Assembly (NCBI GenBank): GCA_050084515.1
Contig: CM114271.1
Coordinates: forward strand, 23,126,001-23,190,000
DNA from: Blasia pusilla
Lineage: Eukaryota
DNA length: 64,000 bases
Reading direction: 5' to 3'
The notes under the pieces are model-generated. The model had not been told where the DNA came from, made no database searches, and was given only the letters and a program-made list of their open reading frames with translations. A program made the translations under genes and the position numbers. Positions 1-13,410 of this stretch are shown here, one piece after another; the first letter of the stretch is position 1; each line of letters starts with the position of its first letter.

Positions 1-401
1 TCTACTACATGGTGGATATTTTTGGAAAAGGCCAAAGAGGAGGGATGGAATGGCCTTGAAGGTAGTGGATGACAACCGGACAAAAATGCAAATTCTCAAA
101 GAATTCCATAATTATATATGGGTAGGACACAGAGGTACTTCGAAAAATTTTACCAAGATAAAAGAGAGATATTGGTGGAAAGGCTTATGCAAGGATATTG
201 AAAGATATGTTGGGTCATGTGTTGAATGTCAGTTTCTATCAAAAATCAGGGTGAGATGGACTAGCCTAAGCCCATTTATCCTTTTTCTATTCATCATCAG
301 TGGATAGTAGATCTAGTTGCTATATATGCCACTAGATCATTGGGGAATCCGCTACGTTGTCCTAGCACAAGAAGAATTATCTAATTTTGTAGAAGAGAGG
401 G
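1..401 (+). mobile_element. Ty3/Gypsy integrase fragment (H2C2 zinc-binding region), truncated by the LTR starting at 402
   Basis: ORF 50-307 has EFH..GHRG...KIKERYWWKGLCKDIERYVGSCVEC, the integrase HHCC pattern. Downstream sequence is frameshifted. Confidence 0.8.
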
Positions 402-886
402 TGTCACATCTGAGTAGCCGATAGGCCGAGATCTATCGTGGATAGGGCATAGGAGCCAACGGACTGTCTTGCGTGTAACTTTGTTCCGAGGTATTGGATG
501 GGGTTGAGGATAGGTCCGTTGTGTTAGAAATGTTGTTTGTGACAACTTTCTTATTAGAGGTCTTTCACATCTGGATGACTTGTTGAGCAGGTCATCTGCC
601 TTTGGTAACTTGTGCGCGTAGGTTATTAGGAGAGTAGCTATTTTTAGGGGAAGAGCCTTTTGGCTCTTCTCAACCCTATATAAGGGAGGAAGATGGCTTT
701 CCCAAGCCATCTTTCTAATGTTGGGCCGTTGGAGTACCATTCTTGCTCGTGTGTGTGAGTTAGGACTAGGTGCTAGCGTCTGGATTCCTTGATAGCATAG
801 GGTGGACGAGACTTGATATGTCGATGTAGATTGAGGAGTGGAGTTTTAGGCCGGGTGTGCTATTTTTACTACTCTTTATTTTTACA
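402..886 (+). repeat. LTR of the DNMT-carrying Gypsy family (5' LTR of copy A)
   Basis: Starts TGTCACATC and has TATATAA at 677. Reverse-complement homologues lie at 45149-45542 (same first base) and ~45544-46032. The 3' boundary (TTTACA) is approximate. Confidence 0.7.
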
Positions 887-3736
887 TGAGAAAGATGTCA
901 AGGGGCTCGTGGGAATTCATTGTTTGCAGGTAGGCAAGTGAGTTGCCTCGATGGGGATTCCCTAAAGACGTTGGTTGGCATTTTGTTGTCGTTTTTCCAT
1001 TCGGAAGGCCATGGGCGGAAGCGTTGTCCGTTCTCTCAAGTTTTTGTTGGTGCAAACTGACTAGAGGCAACAGCAGAGTGCAGCGCTCAGATGTAGCGCG
1101 GAAAGTGTGAGCGACGATCGCAAGTGAGTAGCAGCAAGTGTCGGGAAACCGGAAGGAGAAGCTTAGGTCCATAGTGACCGTGAGGGCGGCCAACCTAGGG
1201 TGTAGCCGCCTAGGGCTAGGATTAGGTCGGAGGTGATGGAGCCAGGGGCCGCGAGCTGCGGAACTGCGGCCCTTGGTCGCAACCCTTCCTCCCCCTGCCC
1301 CCCCCCCGCTTTCCCCACGTGGTTGGGAGCGCCATGGTTGGCCCCTTCTCGAAGTGGTAGATGGCAGTTGGATGTGGTAAGAGCAGAGTGGATGCGGTGG
1401 AGTAAGGGGCATGGGCACCGTGGTAGAGGCGGGGCAAATGTGGTTGACAATGCGGACATGGTAGGCCGGGTGGACATGATGGAGGCACGAACGACGTGGT
1501 AGACGAGCAACCATGGTTGGGGTTGAACGTGGTTGAGTTGAGTTACATAGTGGGAGAGTTGAGTTACATACTTGGTGTTTTGCGAGCATGGTGGGATTCA
1601 CAACGGGAGTTTGGCCCTTATTACGAGTCAATTGGGGGTCGACTCTTTAGTTCTTCACCGAGTGGGATTTACGAGGGTTGTGATGGAGACACACGTGTCG
1701 ATGCCGACGGATAGTCTGCATCCATTGATGGGAGGTTTGATGTGTGTCGAGGAGAGTGTCGTGTTGCGGAGGTTTACATACCACATGGAGGAGTGAGTGT
1801 TGATGGTGCCGTAGGTTGGAGGGCGTGATCAAGTTACACATTTGAGTCCCTTTTCCCACGCTTATCTTATGTGATTGAAAGTGCTGGGTATCGGGTAGTT
1901 GCTGGGTATCGGGTAGTTTCTGAGGCTAAATAGGTGTAGCGATGGTGACGAGTGTAGTCTCCATGCATGTGTAGCATGTCTGTGGATATTCGGCAATTGC
2001 CGTGAGTGAGTAGGGGTCACGTGTATGACCCGAGAGTGTCAGTGGTTTAGGTGAGTAAGTTGGGAGGCTCATGGTGAGCTTGAGTGTTGAGTATGCGTGA
2101 GGTTGAGTGTGTCATCACCAGATTACCATAAGCGTCGGTGAGCTAGTGAAAAGTGTGGGAGACTCTTGGTGAGTCTGAGTGCTTGAGCGGGTGAGACAGG
2201 TTGTCATCACGGCATTCTTCTCGGGTTTGGAAGAACGGGGTAGTGCGAGCAGTAGTAGTGGTGTGCCACGGAGTGGAGTGAGATACCGAGGGGTTACGAG
2301 TGAGGAGCTACCTCGACATCCATCCGTGGCTAGATCGTCATCACTAGCCAGTGGGTCTGTTGACGAGATCGTAGATGGAGGCAGTGTCGCTTGGCGGGAG
2401 ATGGACGACATGGGCCACCACGGCATCTGTCATTTCTCGGGTGCAGTGGGCACCATCGACTTAGATGAAATCATCTAGGATTTTGACACGTGGTGCAATT
2501 TCCAAGAGATACGGACCTCGACACGGTTCAACCCTTTCATGGCATGGAAGGGGTTGTTCCAGCACTTGGAGGGTCCTCCGATGGATGATTACATGGAGTT
2601 TTGATCACTATATTCATTAGAGATTGATGCTTGCAGGATGCATTGGGCTCCAGGGTATGAGTCCACTAGTGGTCGCAAGGCATATGATGGGATCGTGAGA
2701 GGAGAGAGACCCACACCATCAGCGTGGAGAGTAGATGGAGAGGAGGGCAGTGAGACAGGTAATGTGGCTGAGACATTTGGTAGTAGAGGGCCACCCAGCT
2801 TCAATCCCACAGTGGAGTTCTTCTGACAGTTGGGGAAGAGCTACCAAGGCGTACACACTAACAAGCTAAAGAGTCTACAGGATTTTCAGCGACGATCGGG
2901 TGAGAGTCTGAGAGAGGCATTCACGCACATGAGGAGGTTGATCATTGCTACTTATGGAGTGATTGAGGCGTAGTCAGTCTAGTAATGGTACAGGGTTCCA
3001 GACCAAGAACTATGGAGGAGAGTTTGAGATGCGTTGCTGATTCACACAGCGAAGCCCACATTGAAGGTGATCTTCAAGTTTTTGTGAGCGTATTGAGCTC
3101 AACATGAATGAGGAGCAGGTAGTGACCGCTAGATTTTCTTGAGAGTCGATGGGTCCATGAGCGACGGTGACCCCATAGGTTCCACAACAAGCACCAATAC
3201 CACAGAAGTGGGCTAGTGTGCCTAGAGAGGAGGGCGGGTACCGTGAGCCTATGAGGCAACGACCCGTACCTACGTATGTTGCCCAACAGGGACCGATATT
3301 GTCTTGTCGAACGTGTGGAGGGGCCCATAGGCAAAGAGACTGCCCACAGCATGGGAGAGGACCACGAGCGCCTCCAATTGCTCAAGAGCCACAAAGCATG
3401 GCCCCACCACAGTACCAGTGTGACTGCCACAGATATGGTCACAGTAGGGATAGATGTTTTGACCTTCGTCGAGAGGCACGTCAAAATGTAGGCCTAGGGC
3501 CTGGGGGCAGTCATCCTGGAGGAGGTCGAGGAGTTATTCTTGGACGTGGTGGTAGAGGACCACCAGTAGTAAGAGGAGATAGAGTGGGAGCACCAAAGCC
3601 TGCACTTCTCTCACGCATCGATCAATTAGAGCAGAGGATTGCGGCCATGATGATGAAGCATCTCAAGGAAGGCACAAAGTCAAGAGTAGCTAGTGTGACT
3701 CCAACTTCCACCTCTGCCTTTGATCTAGGCGAGGAT

Positions 3737-6326
3737 TGTCTTACCAAGTAATACATGGCCAGCACACAACCCAGGTGAAAATACTGCTAGTTCCACCAGT
3801 TCGGTCCTATGCTCTTATGTCCTTTAGAAGATCAGAACTCTATGATATACTCTTTAACAGTTGTAACCCCACCTCTTTACCTTAAGAGGCTGGAGAAACC
3901 CTCTCCACTTTAGTATCACAATCCTGTCCTCACCCCATTAACCAAAACTCCTTCCATTCTCTTGAGTGCTTTGAGTGGAGTGGCCAGTGGAACCCAACAA
4001 GCACACTCTACTTAGAAATCACAGTCAAGAATGACCAGGGCAGCATAAGGTCCTCTAATGTGCTACCTTGGACTAGTTGAATGTACCAAGGAAATCCTCT
4101 AAAGCACACCCAACTCCTAACTCATCAGGTAGTGCAATCACCTTTTTCTTCTCACCGAGTATCTAGTGAGAGCTTGGGTGTAGTTGTGAGTCCTTAGATA
4201 GAGTGCTCAGTGGAAATTCAACCAGCACACCTACTCAAGGCTCACAACTAGAGACTACTAAACAACATAAGGCCATCCAATACGCTATCTACTATAATCA
4301 TCCACCCCCAGGGTAGCCTGAAAGGGGAGCAACTCTCTATTTGCTCAAACCAACACCCACATCCCTTCTTCTTCTCCTTTTCCTTGCTGGTCCTTTGTTC
4401 TCCCTCCTTGTTCAGGTAGTAGGAGACTTAACAGGCTGAGCCCATGGTCTTCTACCTATAGGGAAGCTCAAGCATGACCCTCTTTCTCCACTCACTAATC
4501 TCTTATCACTTACTAGACCTGGAAGTCCAGGTTGTCACACCCTGGAAGTAATCAGTGATTGGTGTCAAAGGCCATACTCAGGTGGGCAGAACAACAAGCT
4601 TTCAAAGCACACCTTGGAGGAGCACAATCTTGGAACCCAAGCTTGCCTCTCCTCTACTGGTATAGCCTCTTGTCCACTCACTACACGTTTGAATGATAAG
4701 TTGAACCAACTCCAAGAATCTCAATTCATCAAGCCCCCCCCCCCAAACTCATCACTCAATCATGCACAAAATCAAATACAGGGCAGTGGAGTGAAATCAT
4801 TTCACAGGGCTACTTTCTGTGTATCACAAAGTCATCGAGTACATGGGAGACCTTCTTAGTCTCAGCCCCCTTCAAGCACACTACACAATACCTAGATCTG
4901 GGAGCACATACTCTGCTGGTTAGCTTGGCTCAAGAGATCGAGTGTCTACTAGCCAACAGCATGTATGTCCCCTTCAACTAAACCAAATTGAGTATTTATA
5001 AGTGAAGCTGAGAGCGCTCTACCCACTTGGGCTTCTCTCGCATTCTGGTTTCCTACCTTCCTACAAATCTACCTCCCCCTAAGCATCTACTCCAAGGCAT
5101 CTACTGCCTGAAATTTCTACCTCATCTACTTCTGAACGTGTCCTAAATAAAGTCTCTTGAGCAGCATTGATGGCATAGGCTCGACTTGTCTCTTGGACAT
5201 GCTTGAAGGTAAGATCTACCTTTACATTCTTCCCATGCTTGCTTCTTCTCAATCTGGTTCGAGCCGTGCCCTCAGTTCACACCTCCACTTAGCTCCACCT
5301 GCACAAATCACTCCTTGGATTCTCTCAGCTCCATAAATCTCTCCCTTGGATTCTCTCAGCTCCATAAATCTCTCCCTTGGATTCTCAAGCTTTCTGACCT
5401 TCAAATGAGGTCCTCTAGGATTCATTGAGTAAGCTTCTAGCCCACAAGAGTTCAAGCATTCGATCTCAGCTCTCGTTGAGTATCCTATGCTCTTCATTAC
5501 TTGCTGAAAACTCTTCTGGGTGACCTCCATAGTGTAGAGCATCTCAAGGTGAAGCCATACCATCAATCAGATCTAGATTTGGCCAACTAGTGTTCTAGGT
5601 AGCAGCCCTCGAATAGCCTGCCCTCCTGTTTTCCAAAAATCCAGACTCCTTGCCTTTCTAATCTACCTTGAGAATTCTAGCCCAACATCCAATGTCTTGA
5701 TTCGACTATATCAGCTTGAAGAGCATCCAAAAACCTTTCCAACGAGCCCTTCAAATCACCAAACCGATCAGCCATGCTCCAACTGTCAACACCTGATTCT
5801 CCCCTCTATGTTGGCCACCAAAGCTTCGAGCTCTGATAAGGTCCAAGACAGCGAATGTGCAGCTTTCCCGGAAACTTTTGGTGTCGACTGTCATACGTCA
5901 GCCCCAGATCCCCATCCTTCACTGGATCATGCTTGATTCGGTTATCAAACCTCACCTTCCTTTGTTGCTGGACTGCCTTGATCTTCTCCAAATGCTGCCT
6001 CTCTCCTCCTCTAGTGCATAAATCATATCCAGTCTGCTATCCATGCCACCTTCAGGTTGGAAGTGCTCTTTTAGAGTATGATCAGCCTTCAACTCCAACT
6101 CTACTACCGAGAGTGGGTTCTGCCCATACACCAAGAAGTAGGGACTTTTACCTGTTGTACTCTTCTCAGTTGTGTTGTAAGCATGAACAGCTGAAGCTAA
6201 TTTCCTATCCCAATCTGATTTGTGAGCTGCCATCATCTTGGTCAAAATAGCACCAATGATCCCATTTAAATTGCAGATTGTTGTTCTAGCTCCTTCTACT
6301 CACCTAACTAGAGTCCCAAAAGTATC
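3737..6326 (-). mobile_element. Nested fragment of a different Gypsy element (integrase 3' half plus non-coding/LTR-like DNA) inside copy A
   Basis: Minus ORFs 5952-6245 (DWDRKLASAVHAYNTT..TGKSPYFLVYG) and 5806-5991 (FPGKLHIRCLGPY, a GPY/F-like motif). It interrupts the gag-PR linker of copy A. Boundaries are approximate. Confidence 0.65.
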
Positions 6327-7716
6327 TAACACACATGGGAGCCACTTATGAAGGGGCGCACAAGGATCTTGCTAGTATGGGCTTTATGTCTAGTGCGGCT
6401 CAGGTTGAGGTTGTTTTGGTGGTGACTCGGGATGAAGCGAGAAACCCTAAGCCATCGAGAGATGGAGTTGAGATTGACCCATCGGAGGGGACTGATGGGC
6501 GGCAGGCCACGGCTCCACACTCATTCATGTTGTTAGAGGCACTACACATGCCATCGATGCTGCCTCGACAACCACTAGGGCCTATAGGTTAGGCAGGTGG
6601 AGTGGGAGTGGTAGCTCCTATGCCGGCTCGAGTGGAGTCAATTTTGACCACAATGCTAGAGGTGGCCATCAGGGTGAGCTAGGCTCTGCTATTTTCCGCC
6701 ATAGAGTTGGCGATGTTGGGAGTTGGACCAGCTCAATTGTTTTGGTTGGCTGCCACGTTGTATGAGCGTGGAGAGGTGACTACCTCTTGATCAGAGATAG
6801 TTGAAGAGGTGGTGGACTTATCTACGGAGCAGGTGCTCGAGACGTCCCCCACTAAGATATGGCATGCGGCGGCGGAAAAGTTGGTAGATATGCCAGCTCG
6901 ATCGGCCATAGAGGGAGTAGTGGTAACACCTGGCATAGTGTTACTAGATAACCAAGCTGGATTATTTTGCTTGGTTAGTCCGACGGGGACAATGTACCAC
7001 CCGCAGCGCGTCCTACTTGATTCGAGAGTGCAGCCCTTGATGTTAGGGAAGGCGGCGTGTTTAGCGTTGGGGTTACAAAAGGCCGAATTTGAGCCTTGTC
7101 CCTTCCAAATATAGACCTCGATTGGGGGCGTGTCACGGACGCAGTATATGACTCGACAGGATATAGTTTTCAGAGTCCTACCAGAGCATGAGATAGATAG
7201 TGCTATGGTGCGCACACGTGCAATTACGACACCAGTTGAGTCGTACGATGTGTTGGTGGGGAGGACCGTATTATATCCCCTAGGATTCATCCTTGACTTC
7301 AGGGAGGAGACCGTTGCTTATCGACTAGGGTGGAGGTCAGGTGACGGACGGATGAGTTAGTTATCCGTACAGTTTGTCGGGACGAGGTGGTCGACCACAA
7401 AATGAGTATGTGACCACGTTGGCAGCTTTCATAGGTAGTGTTAGCTGGCCATGAGAGTTGTTGGAGGGGAATGCACATTCTGAGGATGTCCTAATAGAGG
7501 ATAGTCTGACGCAAAGATAGGCCATGGTGGATGTCTCTTCCCATGTTGGTGAGACCTCTTCACCATTATGGGGTACGACTCGAGAGCTACAGAGGAGTGC
7601 CCACGACCTTGTGAGGCAAACGTGGAGTCATGACTTTATCCCGGAAGAGCGAGCGTTAGGTGGCGATCGGCTCTTGGAGTGGAGACGTTGACACCATCAG
7701 ATATCACACCTAGTGT

Positions 7717-8700
7717 GGCAGTGTCCAGCGGAGGATGTTAGGGTGTTAGATCGCTTTAGAGGGATTAGATGCGGTGTTGCAAGCGGGCATACGGATGCAT
7801 CAATACCTTTATGTGGATAGAGATAAGACCGCGCGGCCAATATCATTACGTCATATGGCAAGATTGGTCCAGAGGTATCTTGAGTTGTTGCCAATATCAG
7901 CACTATGAGGGTATGAGCATACACTACCCGCGGACATCTCTTTGGTGGGGGCGCAGGATCTGGATAGAGTTGGCACCATTCATTTGGTGATTGTTGGATG
8001 GCCATATCAGGGTCATTCAATAGCTGACCAAGGGTTTCGATTGCACGATCTGAGGTCAGGGATGTTTTGGGAGATGCAATGAGAAATGCAACACTTGGAG
8101 GAGAGTCAGACATGTTCTCCGGCGTACATTTTGGAGAACGTGCCGTTATTGGGAGACACTCATGCACGTGTGATGACAAGTATGCATCAGGTGAGGTCCT
8201 GATTAGGACTTGCTGTGTTGTTAGATGCTGCGCGAGTTGGAGCACGCACCCACCGTCCATGGTTATGGTGGACAAACTTGATACCATCCTAGGTTTAGAG
8301 TCGAGCATATGATGGATTTTAGAGAGCACGACATCTCACAGTGGATGCTATTTTGGGCTCAAGGTGTCAATCTCAAGTGGTGACGCGGTATGATAGACCA
8401 CTGTTGGTGATAGCCAATAGGATGGGGGAGTTGAGGGCAACCTTACCTACATTGGTGAGCTTCCCAGCATCCCATGCCTTTTGTCAAGGAGGGTCAGGCA
8501 TGATTTGGGATGAGGTGACCTGAGCATTGGAGGAGCCTACAACAGATGAGCGCAACTCGCCATGGGGTTCGCTACAAGTACTACGATGGTGCCAGGTATG
8601 ATTGAGGCATGACGGAGATAGGTGCTGGGGCAGGTAATGGACCTCAATTGTCTTACTTGGATAGTCAACCTAGGTATGGCTGAGCAGAGACAGATGCGAG
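7717..8700 (+). pseudogene. Decayed DNMT3-like C5 methyltransferase domain of copy A
   Basis: Hand translation gives WQCPAEDVRVLDRFRGI (motif I), IVGWPYQGHS (motif IV; catalytic Cys codon is TAT at 8005-8007), YILENVP (VI), ERNSPWGS/MGF frameshift region (IX) and VLGQVMDLNCL (X). Confidence 0.85.
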
Positions 8701-10305
8701 TGTCATCCATCCCGTCACGTCCACGAGTTGGAGCATTGCCTACAGGGTCTCTACAGGCATTGGCTGGGGGTGGGACGAGTAGAGATAGGCACCCATGGAC
8801 TTCCTGGGATGTCATTCGAGGGGAGAGTGCAAAAGCGGCCCGAGGAGCACATGTTCAGTTTTTGGATGCAGAGCATGGTGTAGGAGGTTAGAGTGGAGTG
8901 GTTATTGCGGAGGTGGAAAGGGTTGCTACATAACAACCAAAGCCGGAGGTTGCATCCTCTCTAAGTGAGGTCACGATGGAGACTTGGGAGCCTATGATAG
9001 ATCTCAAGTTGACAAGAGGAGAGCAACATCGGATTCATAGGTTTCTAAGAGGGCATGTCAATCGTTTTCCTTCAATATGAGAGACATCGGTACACTGAAG
9101 GGTCTCGGTCCTTAATCTTTCGTCGACCCTACAGGTATTCTGATATGGAGCGAGCCTTGATTTAGAGCATGAGTCAAGACTTGTTGGAGGCAGGACTTGT
9201 GGAGTTATCACATGGGGAGTATACATCTATCACAGTCATATTGGCGAAGAAGGATATGTATGGCAATTGGACAGATAGGCAGATGTACGAGAGGATTACT
9301 AACCTATCAATCGACAGACAAAGTGGGATTGATATGCCATGCCTACTCTTGAGGAGATCTTTGATGCGGTAGGGCATGCAAAGATCTTTAGTACTTTAGA
9401 TCTCCATGCTCGCTATCATCATCTTCCTATCAGGTTGGAGGACAGGGAGAAGACACCATTTTGGGGGATAGATCGATTTGAGAGAGATTGTTTGTATCAG
9501 TGGCGGTTCTTACCATTTGGGTTGAAGAACATGCCTGGAGAGTTTCAGAGAGTGATGGATAGGATTCTGGTTGGCTTGGATTTGTGCGGTATTACATAGA
9601 TGATATTCTTATCTTCAATTCCACGGTTGAGGAGCATGAGCGACACCTGGAGGAGGTGTTTCGGAAATTGCAATTACATGGACTGAAGTTACATCCAAGC
9701 AAGTGCAGATTCTTTTTGGAGCAGATTGAGTACTTGGGACAGACCATATATCTGAGTGGGTTAGGTGTTAAGCAGATAAAGGTGGAGGCACTAGTAGAAA
9801 AAGGGTCATTTTAAACCCATATCATTGTGACTCGTGTTACTTAGAGTCATTTTAATTACTCTTAGTTACTCCGAAACCGACATTGTGACTCGAGAATTAC
9901 TCACACGGTAGGGGAGTCACAATTTGAAACTTATATAACAACATCAAAACATCTAGGAAGCCACTTTAACTTGTATATCAATATTTAAAACCCAGCCATG
10001 TAATGAGCAAAATGAACATTTTATTTCTTCTCTCCATCTTCCAAAGAATGACCTGGATCATTTAACCTACAACTACAATATTATGAAAAAAATGACTAAA
10101 ACTTGTTAAAAGATAGAGAAAAAAGTTACGAAGGTAAGGGAAATAGGGTTTAGGCCCTAAACCCTCTTGAGGTTCAAAAACCCTAACATCACAAGCCCGC
10201 GTCGGCATTTCCCCCTCCCCCATGCCCCAACTCTCTATCTCTCTTCCAGCTTGTGACAGGTCGAGCTTTCTTTGATAGGCTGCATACGAGGCAAGGCAAG
10301 GTAAG

Positions 10306-10479
<174 letters not shown>

Positions 10480-11740
10480 GATATCAAACAAACAAGTTCA
10501 GATATCACAAAAATATCCTGTACAAAAAAATCCCTCCTCAATATGTATGGTGACTTCTTTGTATACTTATTTTTGAACTACTCTTTTGTACTTTAGTAAA
10601 TATTTAGGGTATTCACTTGAATGGAGAGAGAAGTTTTGTTGTCACTGAATACCGGGCTGTTGTAGCCTTGTGCACCATGGAGAGAGAAGTCTTAGGAATG
10701 TAACATCCTTCATGTCTCTGGATGGCATCAGAGTGATGGCGGGTGTTTCTTTCCAACCAATGGTTCAAAACGAGTCAGGGTACTTTTTGTCCAGATTAAG
10801 GAGCCTTCCTTTTGAAGTGAAGGTGAAGATCTTTATCATGAACGGGCCTACTAGTCTCTTGGACCGTATCCTTGCCCTCCCATAATCTACAAGGACAAAC
10901 ATTTGTTACTTTCATGCTTACTCTGACCGTTATTGGACCCCAAATAGGATACAAAGGCACATTAGGAATTGGCTATTCCGCTTAGAAGATCACCACGTGT
11001 ATGTGCGATTTGTAGACATTATTATGTGGAGGGAGGATAGAGGAGCACTATTAGCATGGCTAATGCTTGGGGTCATCCGCAAAGTCACTCTTCATATCTA
11101 TCATGATGCAGGGGGGAATTCTCCCTAGGGAGGATCATCCCATTGTTAGGAAGGCACAAGCCATCATTGAATATGCGCGTTCTATTGGTGGCCACACAGT
11201 AGAGGTTACTCTTGAGTATTGTAATACTTGGGAAGTAGTAACCTCGGGGACTTAGTATGCATTTGCTCAAGTCGTAGAACAATTTCTAGGAAAGTTTTCA
11301 TATGTTGCCTAAACATATGCCGTCATGTTTACAATTCCAAATGTTATCCGTGGATCCATGGTTGCCAATCATGAATTGAGTCACCGTTATTTGTCTTCAT
11401 TGATGGAATTGGGTTTATTTTGAGGGGTCATGGTGTGTGTACACTCTTGACCTTGGACGATAAAAGACGCTATTACGGGGATGTATGCAACCAAATAATT
11501 AATAAGAAGTAATGATTTCTGTAGAAAGAATTGCTTCTTATGCTACTTAACTTTAACTTGTTCTATGTACAGGTACAAACGGTTTGACTATTGGAAATCC
11601 GAGTATCATGAAGGCTAGAGGTAACCTCCACATGCACTGACATCCATTTTATAGTTTTTTTTTCCATGCCTGAATCATGGACATTCAAGATCCATTGAAT
11701 TTCTACATCTAATAGTAATCTTATTGTCTTTTATCTCAAA

Positions 11741-12421
11741 ATGTGGAGTAACCAACGTACAAGGATGGCCCGCCCAAAATACCAGGCCAAGAAAACCTCC
11801 GAGGTGAGCACTTATGCGCCATATAGTGCACTCCAAGTTCTGCAGAAGGCAGCCCATATTTGTGCAATCTGTGATGATGGGGAAGACCTGGTTGTTTGCG
11901 ACGGGCCTTGTGCTAGACACTTCCACGCAATTGCAGAATCAGCAGGGGCTATAGAGAACTCTTGTCCAGGGGTCAACCTCCAACCAAACCACGAAGGGAG
12001 TTGGTTGTGCCAAGATTGTGTGAAGAAAATGGCCAGGTGTACCAAGTGGGGTCTAGAGGGGAGTTTTGCAAAGAGCGAGGATTCTGGGGTTCGTGTGAGA
12101 AAGTGCCCATATACCTTTTGTGTGAGGTTTTTTTGCTTTACTTGTTTGCCTACGGGAGTGGAGTCTTGCCCCATGCAATATTTCCGAGAATGCCATAAGC
12201 ATGATGAGGAGTTGTGGGAGGACATGGTCTATTGTACTAGGTGCCCCACTGCATGGCATTGGACTTGCTTGAAGAAGGCTATGAGCAAGGGTTATGCATA
12301 CGATTGGATTATATATGACCATGCTGCATGTGGTGAGGATAGGTGGTGGTTCTATTGCCACCAGCACAAAGTTCATCCCACACTTCACACTCCTTTGAGA
12401 GATCATATTTCATGGATTTGA
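11741..12421 (+). CDS. EDM2-like composite PHD-finger protein exon inside the CACTA region (possibly decaying)
   Basis: CAICDDGEDLVVCDGPCARHFH...CQDC, followed by further Cys/His clusters CPYTFC..CFTC, CP....CHK, CTRCPTAWHWTC and YCHQH...TPLRDHI. Some ligand positions appear substituted. Confidence 0.7.
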   Translation: MWSNQRTRMARPKYQAKKTSEVSTYAPYSALQVLQKAAHICAICDDGEDLVVCDGPCARHFHAIAESAGAIENSCPGVNLQPNHEGSWLCQDCVKKMARCTKWGLEGSFAKSEDSGVRVRKCPYTFCVRFFCFTCLPTGVESCPMQYFRECHKHDEELWEDMVYCTRCPTAWHWTCLKKAMSKGYAYDWIIYDHAACGEDRWWFYCHQHKVHPTLHTPLRDHISWI

Positions 12422-13090
12422 TTTTCAGGTAGGCGGATGAGAGATTTATGTCTGAACATAATGACGTGGCATTTTGGTGGAGAGTGCAGGGTAGCCACTT
12501 CTGATGTAAAGAGGGTTGAGGCTCTAAACATGCTTACTAGGTAGGTGGTATGACTTTGTATAGAGACTCGTCATTACCTACCCTCTGATTTTGAGAGTTC
12601 CAATCTTTTGAAATTTTGATCGAACGGCCATAATTGCGAAACTATATAATATCACGTTTTGTATCAACATTATGCAGTTTTTTTGTTATGGAAGAATGAA
12701 ATGTAATCGTGGTGGTTTCTAAAAGACTCTTGTAATTAGGCTCTTGATTAGGATATGTCTGGTTGTAGGTGGAATTCTGTATTCATTCGTCATCCATTGC
12801 CATATCCAATCATGCAAGTATAGCTTTAGAGCTAGGTAGTCCATCATGGAAAACCATTGGCAATACAGTACCAATATGAGAATTGTTGAGCTTCCCCCAC
12901 TCCCAAGTGGCGATGTCTCTAAAGTGTTAATCTGTTATGAGACCTCACCCAAATGCGCATCGGGTACGATGCCAACCTCTCTTTTTGCAAGAATTGTAGC
13001 CTGCATCATGGCCTCCCCTGAATTGCCCCATGATGAATGGTGTCGACTTAAGACAAACTTTGTGAAAGCTTTCCCAAGCTCAAAGATGAT

Positions 13091-13410
13091 GTGGCAAAAT
13101 TATTATGCGATTTGGAGATCCATTTTCCTCCCGCCTTCTTTGATGTCATGACTCATCTCGTTATCCATGTTGTGGAAGCGCTTGGACAGTACGGGCATGT
13201 TTATACGAGGTGGATGTTCCCACTGGAGCGTTTTATGAAAGTCTTGAAAGACCATGTCTTGACAAGATACAGGCCTGAGGCCAGCATGGCAATGGGTTAC
13301 ATTTCACACAAGACCTTGGGATATTTGACAGAGTATATGGCGGGGTTTGAACATGTGAAGGCCAAGATATGGCAAGTGGAGGAAGATGAGGGAGTGGTAG
13401 GTGAAGTTAG
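13091..13410 (+). pseudogene. CACTA transposase DUF4218-type fragment
   Basis: LCDLEIHFPPAFFDVMTHLVIHVV...RWMFPLERFMKVLKDHV..RYRPEASMAMGY is a typical Tnp2 C-terminal motif. The fragment is cut at 13410. Confidence 0.9.

Larger units (their letters stand above)
402..9788 (+). mobile_element. Ty3/Gypsy retrotransposon copy A (gag-PR-DNMT-RT), heavily decayed and 3'-truncated
   Basis: Gag remnants at 2400-3150, CCHC knuckles in ORF 3218-3751, protease VLLDSRVQ (6809-7114), MTase remnants at 7717-8700, and RT (FSTLDL, PFGLKN, YIDD) at 9100-9788. Collinear with copy B. Cut off by a CACTA terminus at 9789. Confidence 0.85.

Noticed and set aside
882-1860. Long overlapping ORFs on both strands
   Set aside because: GC-rich retroelement leader with no recognisable domain.
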